Below, in pieces: positions 15,391 to 26,974 of a DNA stretch of 64,000 bases. The stretch's first letter is position 1, and the number at the start of each line of letters is the position of its first letter. The notes below the pieces were generated by a model. It made no database searches, had not been told where the DNA came from, and was given only the letters and a program-made list of their open reading frames with translations. The position numbers and the translations under genes are program-made. The DNA lies in assembly GCA_964057225.1 (NCBI GenBank), contig OZ059897.1, positions 11,718,001 through 11,782,000 of the forward strand, given 5' to 3'. The DNA comes from Auanema rhodensis (taxonomy: Eukaryota > Animalia > Nematoda).

Positions 15391-17306
15391 TTATTGTTTT
15401 AATCGTTGCTCAATAATAGCTAATAATCGCTTTTTAGTTGTAGGGTTGAAGGTTTTGATGTCTTCATTTAATATTCTGGTCCATTCTCGCACACTTCGCC
15501 ATTCTTGTTCATTAAATTCGCGTATTAAACGTATATGATGTGAAACGATTTCTTTCACAAAGTAATCTAAGTTAGCATTGTTTAGATCAGACGGGAAACT
15601 GGGCAATTTTAATTCAAAACCAACGGGATGTTCTTTACGCTGAAGTGAAAAAAAAATTAAGCAAAACGGAAACATGAATACCGAGTTATCGTCGCAAATT
15701 CTTGAAGAAGTTTGTGTAACCGCTTCTTTGAAGCTAGGATTTTTCTTTTTTTCCGAGTTTTCAAGCATACTGGGCTCGTTTGCTTTCCCTAATTCAAGGC
15801 TATTCTCAAATTTCATTGGTTGTTTCTTATCTTCTTGTTTTCTCTTTGGTGACCCAACAAATCTTAATAGTTTTTGTTAATTGATTCTAGAAGAAGGTTA
15901 AGAACTAACTGCTGAACTATTTCTTCTTGTTCTGTTTTTTCAATTTCGTCGATGGGATCCAATAAATCAGCTCTTGAGTTCACACTGCTTAGGTCGGAAA
16001 TACTTCGAGCAGTGGAATTAGCAGAGGACGACGACACAGAGCGTGTCTTCCTTTTCGTAGATGTATTGTTTAAACGTTGTTTCAACGTTGAAGAAGATGA
16101 GTTCGAGGATGATGAAGATGTAGTTGAACTTTTCGAAGAACTAGAAAACTTTGAAGAAGTAGAGTGGGATTCCGTAACAGTGGAAGAAGATCTAGTAGAA
16201 TTGTCTGAATTTGATTTCGATGATGCTTCTGAGACTGTGGAAACAGAGCTCACAGAAGATCGTGAAGAAATCGATGATAAAGAATGATCTGAACTCTGAA
16301 AAAATGAATATTTTAGCTTAAAGGTAACTTGTTTCTTATGTACACCTCCTTGAACGATACTCTTCTTCCATTATGAAGTTTTTCTGGTATTTCTGATTCC
16401 ACCTTTAAAGTTTAATATAATTGTTTGTTTTATAAAATAATAGAAGTATTTACTTGGAAGTCTAATGATTCCAAATCAGAACTATCACTGTTACTATCCG
16501 ATTTAAGATTAAAAGGAGATTTTTTTATTGATTTTCTAAATAATTCTAATAAAAGTTTCGATAAAAAGTTTAATAAACTACTTTGTTTGTTGAGTAGTTT
16601 GAGGTTCTACTTCATGTTCTTGAATTTGATTCCTTGAACTTGTAGATGTTTTTGACTCATTTCGTTTAGATGACAATGGTAGAGTTGGCTTCAGAGATTG
16701 ATCGATAGAGTTTCTTAATTCTCGAATTTCTACTAATGATTTTCGTCCTACTTGATTTCCTTTAATAATAATATTTCAGTAAATAATATTGAAAACATAT
16801 TGTATTACCCGGTTTTCCTTTAGGTAATATACTTGCCGATGGCTCTGAATTATCAAAACCTAGATCTAAAATGATTTTTTCACCTCCCATAGAATTTTTA
16901 AGAAATGAATCATCACTAAAAATATTTAAATTATTTAAATAATATTTAAAATAATAAAAATACCTATTATGATCATCTGAATCGAAACTTAAACTATCTA
17001 AAGTAAAAGTTTTCGATAGTTTACGAGGCTTTCTATAGAAAAAAAATTAAATAATTCATAAAATATTTCTTTACATACTCAGTATGAACATCAGCTTTTT
17101 TAACTCCACTGCCAATGTTTACTTTTGCTTTTGAGCTTGGTTTGTCCTCCTTTAAACTGTTTTGTAGGGCTTTTGAACTACTTTCTAATGACGATAAATA
17201 ACTCTATAATACAATAAAATATGAAAAAATGTTTTTTTTTTAAATATAAACTTACTAAAGCTGATGCTGATAGCTTAGTAGATGGTTTAGAAAGCCGAAC
17301 AGACAT
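15391..17306 (-). CDS. Uncharacterised Ser-rich multi-exon protein, candidate ciliary gene
   Basis: Consistent GT-AG exons from MSVRLSKPSTKLSASAL through a Ser-rich exon (ORF 15864-16253) to ...IIEQRLKQ*; X-box ~60 bp upstream of the ATG; no family recognised. Confidence 0.65.
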
Positions 17307-17362
17307 GATCTTACTAAATGTTCATCGTTCTGCTTCTCAATAATCCGATATCGTCTAGTCTC

Positions 17363-17376
17363 ATTGCCATGGCAAC
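17363..17376 (-). promoter_or_regulatory. X-box (RFX/DAF-19 site) GTTGCCATGGCAAT
   Basis: Near-palindromic match to the X-box consensus (last base mismatched), 57-70 bp upstream of the ATG at 17306. Confidence 0.7.
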
Positions 17377-17511
17377 CTGGTCAAGACGCGCCCACGTGTG
17401 AAGATACATAATTTCCAAATGAAATATAAAAGAAAAATCATAAAATAAAAAGTTTTATTAATATAGAAATAATAATAATTTAAAATAAAATAAAATAAAT
17501 ATGTATATATA

Positions 17512-18169
17512 TCAGTATAACGATTGAGGAAAAGTCGTTGCATAATTTGACGATGAAAACTAAAATATGTTTTGTTATAAAATAAAATAAATTAAACCAA
17601 AATTTACTTCAATTTCTGTTTTTTGAGCTAATTCCTGTTTCGTTTTTTTATCTTTTGCCCGATTTATAAGCCAAAAACCTAGCGTGAAGATTGTGACTCC
17701 AAGTACTAAAATACAAAATAAAACAATTAGTGCTACAGCAAATCCATATTTGAGATTCCTGAAAGAGAAGAATTGTTGTCTTAAACTAAAAAAGATAAGA
17801 TGATCAACCAAGATGTGTTTGAACAGCATGTTGATTCACAACATCCTAAAGATTTATGACATTGTTCAATTATAACATTAGCTCGATTAGCTAAACGATA
17901 TACACAATCATAAAATGAAGCATCGATAGCTTAAAATAAAAATTATAAAATTATAATAAATATTATAAAAAATACTATTAATGCGTTCATCTACAAGGCC
18001 AGCTCGTATTGGTTCAGGTTGACTTGCTGAGAGTACAACACTGGCAGAATCCATAATAGGTTGGTTTTTAGTATAACTTTTGACAGAATCAACGACTATA
18101 ATATGAATAAAAATAAAAAATATTAAAGAAAAATCTTCTTTTACCTAAGCCGTTCCAGCGAGAGCTCAT
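17512..18169 (-). CDS. Small Cys-rich single-pass membrane protein (CX-module-like)
   Basis: Exons MSSRWNGL | VVDSVKSYTK..ERIN | ..YDCVYRL..EQCHKSLGCCESTCCS | NLKYGFAVALIVLFCILVLGVTIFTLGFWL (TM) | ..FPQSLY*. Confidence 0.65.
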
Positions 18170-18842
18170 GATTTTGGACTAAATGGAGGTTCAAAGAAAA
18201 TTTTGATCGACATCGACTTAAAAGAAAGTAAACAAACTATTCGCCACTTGAACTGGAAATATGGAGCTTCTACATGAGCCGGTTAGGAAACTAATTTCCT
18301 AATCATTTAAATTATTTTGATATAATTCAATTCAAAACTATATAATTTAGATTATATTATATAAAACTATATAATATCTGAACTCATATATTCAATCAAA
18401 TGCTTTTAAACAAAGTAAAACTTTTTTTTTTTTGAAAAAGAAAAAAATTTCTAAAAAACATTATGTTCATGTGTGTAATCTGTTGTTCTTCCTACAGTTA
18501 CTATGTCTTTTAAGAAAAAAAGGATTTCCTTTTATATTTCATGTATGCAGATTTAAAAAGATTAAAGGATTAGCAAACAACTTATATCAGTATTTAGACA
18601 AATGATTTTGATTTCTCATCAAACCAGAAGAAGAATATACGGAAATTTATTTATTTTTCAATGCTTTAATTAACATGAAACTATACAAATATATAAATTA
18701 CAATAAGAACAATAATATTATTATTATTTTTATTTTAAAAAATAAAAAAAATAAAAAAGTTTTAAATATATTTATAATAAAGAATAATATATATATATAT
18801 TATATTATATTATATTATATTATATGTTATTATATTATATAA
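18137..18842. repeat. 706-bp direct duplication, copy 1
   Basis: Matches 31049-31754 at a constant offset of 12912 at both ends, including the poly-T and TATAT tracts; no difference seen by eye. Confidence 0.95.
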
Positions 18843-19074
18843 TTGTGAATCTTAGCTCAAGTAAGAAAAAAGTTATTACTTCGATTCTTTCGGATTAGAC
18901 CCACTTCAAGAACTTATCAATTATCTAAAAAATAATGGTAAAGAAAATAATATAATTGAATGCTCCACATTCCAAATACAATTTGGTGCACATAATTGTG
19001 GCTGTTACTGCCTCCCAGTTTTGAAAATGCTTGAAACTTGTAATTTTCAAAAAGTTGTGTCATCTTTAATTTAA
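18842..19074 (+). mobile_element. Maverick/Polinton adenain-like cysteine protease remnant
   Basis: Intronless frame from 18871: SYYFDSFGLDPLQELINYLK..IECSTFQIQFGAHNCGCYCLPVLKML; IVNLSSS upstream in another frame; the catalytic-His (GTHW) segment is missing. Confidence 0.7.
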
Positions 19075-19589
19075 ATTTTGTTGCGTATCAGTTATCAGTT
19101 TTTTGTATCAGTTGAGTATCAGTTTTAATTTTAAAATCAACAAATTAATCATTTTTAAAGAGGATAATGTTCAATTGAAGTAGTATAATTGTCTATATCC
19201 AGGCTTGAATGAAGTTTCACTTTTCGATTCAAAATGGGTCGGGTTGTAAGCGAGAAAAATGTCAAACATATGAAGCCTCCTCTCTTTCTTCCTTCCTTTA
19301 TTTCAATCTGGTGGCCGTGCATAATAACTACACATTATATTATTACATTAGAATCGAATATTATAAGAATTGTTTATATTCTTTCTCTAATAATTGACTA
19401 TCGCTGTTAGTATTTGTTTCGCTTCATAATTCACACATACTACTCTTACGTAAATGCATTGAAGTACGCTACTTATTTCCAGCTGAAGGAATTTTGACTA
19501 CACTCATCGTTTGCCTCTGCCTCACGACTACTTTACATGCAGGTATATGTCTTGATAGTTAGCATATATGATTGGGCAGATAAAAATGT

Positions 19590-20390
19590 GGCGCATTTTC
19601 CGTATTTATTAGGTGTGTAAGCGGCCACCGGTTAGAATTTGAAAAAATTATGCTAATTTAACAAAATTTAAATCTTACACGACAACGCGCCCTCACTGTT
19701 GTGCGAAGGCACAGCAAACGCTCCAGGAGCTGAATTGGGAAGTTTTGAAGCATCCCCCTTACTCTCCAGACCTTGCCCCACCAGATTATCATCTGTTCAG
19801 GTCAATGGAGCGTAGTTAGAGAGGGGAAAGCTTCAAAACTTTAGGAGAAGTTGAACAATTCATTAAAAAATTTTTCGAGTCCAAATCTAAAATATTTTTC
19901 AGAAATGGAATAAGAAATTGGAAGAAGAGATGGGAGAAAGTGATCGAAAGCGAGATACAATATTAATATTTTCAGAAATAAATTCTTTTCTTTTTTAACA
20001 GATTTTTTTGACACTATAGCCGCGTTTTAACTTACACACCTAATATAACCCCCGTTTTTAGCCCCGCCCCTTTTGGCGTATACTTTTGTTAAAATGTGAG
20101 ACCTATATGAGATACGATAGTATCTAGATATCTACAAATGTTCCATTTTTAGAATTCCCTTTCTACAGTCTTTTCTGGTTATTTCAAGCAACAGAAAGAC
20201 TCATTTGTCGTTTACATCGGTCACATTCTTTAGTTTCAAGAACTATACCTTTCTCTGAAAAACTTAGACAAAAAATGGTTGATAATGCAGATGCAATGAC
20301 CAATAATGATTCAGTTTTTATATCATAATATATTCAAGTTTTATTTTACTTATTAGCTAACCCCATTGGGGGGTAAACCCTTCCAAACCC
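19590..20390 (-). mobile_element. Non-autonomous Merlin (IS1016/ISXO2-like) derivative, copy A; inverted relative to copy B and truncated at its inner end
   Basis: Begins GGCGCATTTTCCGTATTTATAACCCCCGTTTTTAGCCCCGCCCC once the nested mariner is removed; reverse complement of 27890-27941 plus 30658-31014. Confidence 0.75.
19609..20043 (+). mobile_element. Internally deleted DD34D mariner (435 bp) nested in the Merlin TIR
   Basis: TA-TTAGGTGTGTAAG...CTTACACACCTAA-TA; internal LHDNA, WEVLKHPPYSPDLAPPDYHLFRSM; removing it restores the single TA seen in copy B. Confidence 0.9.
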
Positions 20391-20475
20391 AGGTGAACAG
20401 GAAGGCCCTACATCTTTGCCCAGGAACCCTGGAAAATGGGTTTTACAGTAGTCCATCGTAGTTTTGGCACTATGA
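20391..20475 (-). mobile_element. Short maT transposase fragment duplicated from ~21234-21317
   Basis: AGGTGAACAGGAAGGCCCTACATCTTTGCC...GGCACTATGA is near-identical to 21234-21317. Confidence 0.8.
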
Positions 20476-20680
20476 TGATGATGAGGGAGATAATGACATA
20501 ATTGGTCGGGAATTTTAAAAAATGGATTTACTCTTACTTCTTCAATGATACCTGTAGCAACTTGTTCTGAAAACATGCTTCGGTATTGCATTAAATTTTC
20601 TTTTTTCTGAGAAAAAGTCTTATTTTTAATATCTCTAAGCAAAGACCGTTATTAGTAGGCAGTGGATTATCATCCTTACT
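20473..20680 (-). mobile_element. BEL/Pao LTR retrotransposon pol fragment
   Basis: KDDNPLPTNNGLCL and, after a frameshift, QYRSMFSEQVATGIIEEV..CHYLPHH; typical of the pre-RT region of BEL/Pao. Confidence 0.7.
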
Positions 20681-20908
20681 GTTTGGTGAAGGAGGAGAAT
20701 GTGTTAAAGGAAGAGGAATGTATTTGAGTAAAGAACAGATGGAATATTTAGATATGGCTTGGATAATATAAGAAGTATTATTGAGATAAGAAATGAAAAA
20801 AGAGTGAATGGTAGAATTTATTTGAATAGGTTTAGCGAAGGTAGAGATGAAACCTTCATAATTGCTAACAATGGGCAGTTTTAGTTTTTTTTTTAATTTT
20901 CTCATATA

Positions 20909-22084
20909 CAGGGTGGGTGAGATGTATGTGTCGCTCTTTAAATCTCAATATTTCAAAAACAAAACAATATTTTAGCATCAAAAGTTTTTATTATAAAGAG
21001 TTATTATTAACTTAGAATTTTTACAAATTGTGTTCAAAATGGGCTCCTTTTGCTTTAGTTACTGCTGCTATCCTCTTTTTGAAATTGTTCACAGTTGACC
21101 ACAGGTAATCCTCATCTATTTCGTCCCATGCTTTGATCAAAGCTAGCTTCAACGAATCCAAACTAGTGAAATGTTGCTTCTCTATTTTGGATTGAAGTAG
21201 TCCCCATACTGAATAGTCCATTGGGTTGAGGTCAGGTAAACAGGAAGGCCCTACATCTTTGCCCCGGAACCCTGGAAAATGGGTTTTACAGTAGTCCATC
21301 GTAGTTTTGGCACTATGAGCTGGTGCCCAATCCTGTTAAAGAATCATTTCCTGATTTTTAAAGTTGCTCCTCATCCATGGTCCTAAAACGTCCTCTAATA
21401 TGGTTTTCTGATACACTGCCGCATTGATTTTGACGTTCCTTTCAATGAAAACAAGCGGTGTCTTCAATTTTGCTGTGATTCCTCCCCAAAACATCAAAGA
21501 TTTGGTAGAGAGAGATCTCTCAGCTTCTGCTAGGATTTCTCTGGATCTGGATCTATCTTCATCAGTTGTCTATAATTTTGTCTGTTTGGTAGAGGCTAAA
21601 GAGTAAAAATTTTTTCATCTGTAAAAAATACGTCTGAAACGCGGCCTTGCTTAAGAAAACCATTATTTTTTTTTTGCTTTTTCTAGTCTATTTTTTTCTG
21701 TTGATCCGTCAGTTGCTGTCCTCTTCCGAAATGATAACTTTGCATCTTGAGTTCCTTTTTGACGATGTAACGAAATTGTTCAGTTGAAATGCCAAGATCT
21801 ATTGCCATTTTTCTCATACTAACTGTTGAATCGCGTTGTATCCGACGATTAATGATATTCTTCGTACGTGGAACGTTGTTCTTCCAGTCTTTGGTTTCTC
21901 CCCAATGCTACCTGTGTCCTTATAAAGTTTTGAAATCTTACGGCACGTGGACGATGAAATCTCCAACATATCCAAACCATTCCTTATCAAGTGGAATTTC
22001 ATGATACTGCTCTTGAAACTCTTTATCAGATTCATGGTAACAACGATGAAACTCTTCTGACCACGTTTGACCAAATGACAGCTG
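20909..22084 (-). mobile_element. Defective DD37D (maT) Tc1/mariner, copy 1; only the 3' TIR is present
   Basis: TA-CAGGGTGG TIR at 20909; QDWAPAHSAKTT..PDLNPMDYSVW with 37-residue D-D spacing; ends AKGAHFEHNL*; stops and frameshifts. Confidence 0.88.
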
Positions 22085-22508
22085 CCCGTACAAAAAACTT
22101 ATGTTTGTATGTTTGCAATACTTTATAACTCTGTACTTTATTCTTTCTATAATTTTTATGTATTTCTTTATTCTTTATTCTGTATTTTATATTTCTTAAT
22201 TCTAATTTCTTGTCTTAGTGTATTATGTTATCAGTTCTATTTTACAACCTCAGCATTTTCCAGGATAATTACAATTGTCATTGACAACTTAAAACCTTGC
22301 GTGGAAAATGCTGATAACATTCGCTATATAAGCTTGCCATTCAACTGAATCTTCAGTTGGCGGACTTATCTTTATTTGTTTATTGTTTAAATGTTTTTTA
22401 TTCATAATAAATGTTTCTCTCTTCCTCAAATCTTATTGTTTCTTTTACAACACATCAATCTAAGGGTCAATAACATGGAACATTAATATCCAAATCAAGG
22501 ATATTACA

Positions 22509-22521
22509 TGGAGGTTCCACC
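22509..22521 (+). other. Primer-binding site complementary to the tRNA-Gln 3' end
   Basis: TGGAGGTTCCACC is the complement of GGTGGAACCT-CCA, the 3' end of metazoan tRNA-Gln as recalled. Confidence 0.75.
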
Positions 22522-23626
22522 TTAGAATCTTTTTACGATTTTCGAACTCGATTAAATTATGAATTATCATTCAGTTAAAGAGAATATATTTTTTTGAGCT
22601 ATTTCCCTGGGCTACCACCTCTCTTTCCAATTCAGTACGAAGGGTCTCACTCATTTTTTTAATAAACAGGGTTGATATTTTGCGCAAGGGTGAGATACTG
22701 AATTGGGCAACTTTTCGATTTCTTTTTGTTTCTGCGCAGTTGTATTTTTGATTTTTCATTGTGGCGAAAAATATATATTTTTTGGAAATGGAAAAGCTGT
22801 TTGATATAAGCAAAATTGGACCTTAATAAAGTCAATTTGCGATATTTTTGATAAAGATTACAAGTTTGTACTAACAGAATGGCCACTGTAAGAAAATAAC
22901 ATCCGCTGTGTCATTTGTCATATTTGAATTTAAACCTTCCTCTCATAATTTTTTGATTGTTGATTCAAGTTGAAACAAAGACTTTGGAATTTGAAAGATG
23001 CCTTGTTTGGTAATTCATTGTTATTCAGTAACAATTGAGATTTTGATTTGTCCGCCATACTCACTTCTCTAATTTATGAATCACATTGTCACATAATCAT
23101 ATCCTATCATCATCTTAACAATTAATTATATTCACATTTTTTTTCCTCTCTATAGTTTGTTTTTGTATGAGTTCATTAATTAATCTTCAGCCCATATTAT
23201 TATATATCTTTTTTTTTTCTTCGATTTTTTTTTCATGTTATTCACTAATTTATTCACTATTAACTATGCATATTCTTATCTTGTTTACTAACTTATTCCA
23301 CTATTTTACATTGTAGATTGTTCTGACTTTCCTCCTTTTCCAAAACGGCAACCTCCAAGAATAATTATACGGATACGCCTTTCCGTACCTCTCAAAGATT
23401 AAGAGACAAGAGAAATCGTATTTCTCGATTTCCTTTTCCCGATAGTGACGACTCGTTTGACAACGATTTAAGTCCATCGGACGACGAAAAAACGCCAACA
23501 CACTTGGCTGTAACACCGAAAAAAGAAAAAACTCCCCAGCGCGAAAAACTACCTCTGAAGCTCCTACTCAACATGAGACCACATGAGCAATCAAACAGAG
23601 ATTCAACTCTGTAAACGCCTAATTTA

Positions 23627-24307
23627 ATGGCATCTCCAGAGTTGACCAAAAACTTAACAAAAGTTCTAGGCAGTCCACACTGCCCTAAATACGATGGTAG
23701 CCGAAGCTTTCGATCGTACATCGATATATTTAACCGATTCGCGAATGCTGCGGGACTTTCGGTAATTGAAAGAATTTTTCTTTTTCCTCTGCTGCTTCAG
23801 CAGAATGATTCTGCGATCTCTGCATATAACTCGATTCCTTCCGAAATTCGTGAACGAGGGCCTTGGAAAGACCTTGTTTCACAATTGGCAGAGTTACTTT
23901 GCCCTGCCACGGAAAGGAATTTCACGATCGCGAAGTTGCTACGCTCGACGCAAGGAGAGAAAACTGTTACTCAGTTTGCCTCATACTTGGAAGAAATGGC
24001 TTCCAGTATTATGAGAGAAAACTGTTACTCAGTTTGCCTCATACTTGGAAGAAATGGCTTCCAGTATATTATAACTGATCGAGAAAGAGAGCTCATATTA
24101 AGATCAGCTTTCTTAAATGGATTGAACGCTGATTTAGGCATAATTGTTCAAGGAAAAGATCCGAAGACTTATGAGGAAGCAAAAAGGACAGCACGTTTTG
24201 AAGAAGCAATTCGTGCTAACTATAAGAAACAGCATGAAGAAAACTCAACTATGCAACAGTTGATTTCTGCAGTTCAGAAGATCACCATGAAGGAAAATAG
24301 GAACTAA
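23627..24307 (+). pseudogene. Retrotransposon Gag (capsid) ORF; premature stop, N/Q/R-rich tail continues to ~24508
   Basis: PKYDGSRSFRSYIDIF..WKDLVSQL..QGEKTVTQFASYLEEMA..FLNGL..PKTYEEAKRTARFEE. Confidence 0.75.
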
Positions 24308-25220
24308 AGGAACCATCAGCAGCCACAAGATTTCGAACGGAACAATGGCAACAATCCAAGAAACCCTTGGAGGAATTTCAAAAATAAATTCAGCAGGAAC
24401 TCTGGCCCTCGACAAAATTATGGAAACAACTACTCAATGGAGAGTCATCATCATACGAGAGAACCTCGCAACAATTATCCAAGAGGAAATCGAGACAACC
24501 TATTCTAAATTCTCCAGAAAATGACGAATTATTGGAAAGCAATGAAAATCGGAAAAATACCTGGAATTCTATTCAAGAGAAAACTAAACAAAAATCAATT
24601 GAACAACAACATCGACTGAATAATAGTAACCGAATAGCATCACGTACATTTGAAATAGGTTAAATGGCGTATACAACTCATATGTGGAATTGGAAATAAG
24701 TCAAGGGAAGATGAGATAAGTACATAAGGATCTCATCAAAAAGCTTGCTGCAACATTATGAAAAATTTTACAAACCTTATACCTGTGAGGACACAGGACT
24801 TCAAGAGCGGTATCATGTAATACTTTATAATTCGGTACTTTATTCTTTCTATAATTTTTATGTATTTCTTTATTCTTTATTCTGTATTTCATATTTCTTA
24901 ATTCTAATTTCTTGTCTTAGTGTATTATGTTATCAGTTATATTTTACAACCTCAGCATTTTCCAGGATAATTACAATTGTCATTGACAACTTAAAACCTT
25001 GCGTGGAAAATGCTGATAACATTCGCTATATAAGCTTGTCATTCAACTGAATCTTCAGTTGGCGGACTTATCTTTATCTTTATTTGTTTATTGTTTAAAT
25101 GTTTTTTATTTATAATAAATCTTTCTCTCTTCCTCAAATCTCATTGTTTCTTTTACAACACATCAATCTAAGGGTCAATAACATGGAACATTAATATCCA
25201 AATCAAGGATATTACATGTT

Positions 25221-26006
25221 AAATTCGCACAGATAAGAATCCAACATCGTTGCGTGCACTCCCCACATCTTCTTGAACTTAGACTTCGCAACATTCCACA
25301 TTCCTTCTATTCCATCGGTATGCGCTCCTGTGTCCGGGTCCACAAAATTATATTGATGATTAACTGTTAGGTGCGTATAGTTTTGGTTTGATGTTTCTAT
25401 ATCACCATACGCACGCCAACAGTCTGATATAATTGTTGTTCCGGGAAGAATAGAGTTAATTATGGATTCACTTAATGTTATAGCTGACCTATCAGGAACT
25501 GCATATATGAAGCATTCCTTTGTCTCCCTACACAGTCCTCCAAATACCCACTGCTGTTTCTTCGCTCTCCCTACGTTGTATTTATGCCTGGATACCAAAG
25601 ACTCATCTATCTCTACTGTTTTACCAGGTCCACCTATTTTAATGGGGTTTTTGTAATAAGGTAAACGCGCAAACTTCCCTCAAATAGTTGTTATAATCAA
25701 CAACAGCGGAGCTAAACATTCCCAGCTTATCTTTGCAAAAATTTATAGACGTGTAATCCGTCGTCCACGCATATACAAAAGTGATGAACTTTGAGAACGG
25801 CATACAAGATCCTACACACAAAATAATCACGAATAAAAGACTTAAACCCAACCTTTCAAAAAAGTCCCTTTTCTGATTTGCTCTTCTTTCCTGCATACTT
25901 TGGTGGGACATCTCCATCTTTCTCTCTCAAAGGACAGCTTCATTTCTTTCTGGCATTTATCACACATTTTAGCCAGAGGAATAACTCCTTTTTCTTGAAG
26001 AAAACG
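25221..26006 (-). pseudogene. Merlin/ISXO2-like DDE transposase (IS1595 family), frameshifted; C-terminus interrupted by the LTR element, tail at ~22085-22113
   Basis: CDKC..WRCPTKVC Zn ribbon; IGGPGKTVEIDES; WVFGG; TIISDCWRAY; HLTVNH..FVDPDTGAHTDGIEGMW; YLCEF. Confidence 0.9.
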
Positions 26007-26974
26007 GAGTTTCATCGTTGTTACCATGAATCTGATAAAGAGTTTCAAGAGCAGTATCATGAAATTCCACTTGATAAGGAATAGTTTGGATATGTTGGAG
26101 ATTTCATCGTCCACGTGCCGTAAGATTTCAAAACTTTATAAGGACACAGGTAGCATTGGGGAGAAACCAAAGACTGGGAGAATCCGTTTGGAACAACGTT
26201 CCACGTACGAAGAATATCATTAATCGTCGGATACAACGCGATTCAACAGTTAGTATGAGAAAAATGGCAAAAGATCTTGGTATTTCAACTGAACAATTTC
26301 GTTACATCGTCAAAAAGGAACTCAAGATGCAAAGTTATCATTTCGGAAGAGGACAGCAACTGACGGATCAACAGAAAAAAATTGACTAGAAAAAGCAAAA
26401 AAAAAATAATGGTTTTCTTAAGCAAGGCCGCGTTTCAGACGTATTTTTTACAGATGAAAAATTTTTTACTCTTCAGTCTCTACCAAACAGACAAAATTAT
26501 AGACAACTGATGAAGATAGATCCAGATCCAGAGAAATCCTAGCAGAACCATAGCTGAGAGATCTCTCTCTACCAAATCTTTGATGTTTTGGGGAGGAATC
26601 ACAGCAAAATTGAAGACACCGCTTGTTTTCATTGAAAGGAACGTCAAAATCAATGCGGCAGTGTATCAGAAAACCATATTAGAGGACGTTTTAGGACCAT
26701 GGATGAGGAGCAACTTCAAAAATCAGGAAATGATTCTTTAACAGGATTGGGCACCAGCTCATAGTGCCAAAACTACGATGGACTACTGTAAAACCCATTT
26801 TCCAGGGTTCTGGGGCAAAGATGTATGGATTCCTGTTCACCTGACCTTTACCCAATGGACTATTCAGTATGGGGACTACTTCAATCCAGAATAGAGAAGC
26901 AACATTTCACTAGTTTGGATTCGTTGAAGCTAGCTTTGATCAAAGCATGGGACGAAATAGATGAAGATTACCTG
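26007..26974 (+). mobile_element. Defective DD37D maT copy 2 (inverted duplicate of 21102-22054), followed by a further diverged fragment at 26975-27120
   Basis: Reverse-complement match to copy 1, including the same TAA in the (Q)QD motif and the same A-run lesion. Confidence 0.88.

Larger units (their letters stand above)
22114..25216 (+). mobile_element. Non-autonomous gag-only Ty3/Gypsy-like LTR retrotransposon (3.1 kb)
   Basis: ~400-bp LTRs 22114-22508 and 24816-25216 (TG[C/T]AATA...TATTACA); 4-bp TSD TGTT; PBS directly after the 5' LTR; purine-rich AAGAGCGG before the 3' LTR; gag ORF but no PR/RT/RH. Confidence 0.9.

Noticed and set aside
15952-16287. Acidic 111-aa plus-strand ORF
   Set aside because: Antisense shadow of the Ser-rich exon on the minus strand
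20680-20906. Extension of the BEL ORF (LKLPIVSNYEG...)
   Set aside because: No recognisable motif; origin left unassigned
22109-22348. Hydrophobic ORFs at 22109-22348 and 24745-25050 resembling duplicated membrane proteins
   Set aside because: They lie within T-rich LTRs; a compositional artefact
22114-25216. Direct repeats as a CRISPR array or satellite
   Set aside because: Only two ~400-bp copies, with TG..CA ends, PBS and TSD, so they are LTRs; eukaryotic context
25212-25598. IS1595-like transposase as bacterial contamination or recent HGT
   Set aside because: The eukaryotic Merlin superfamily explains it, and it is embedded among nematode-type TEs
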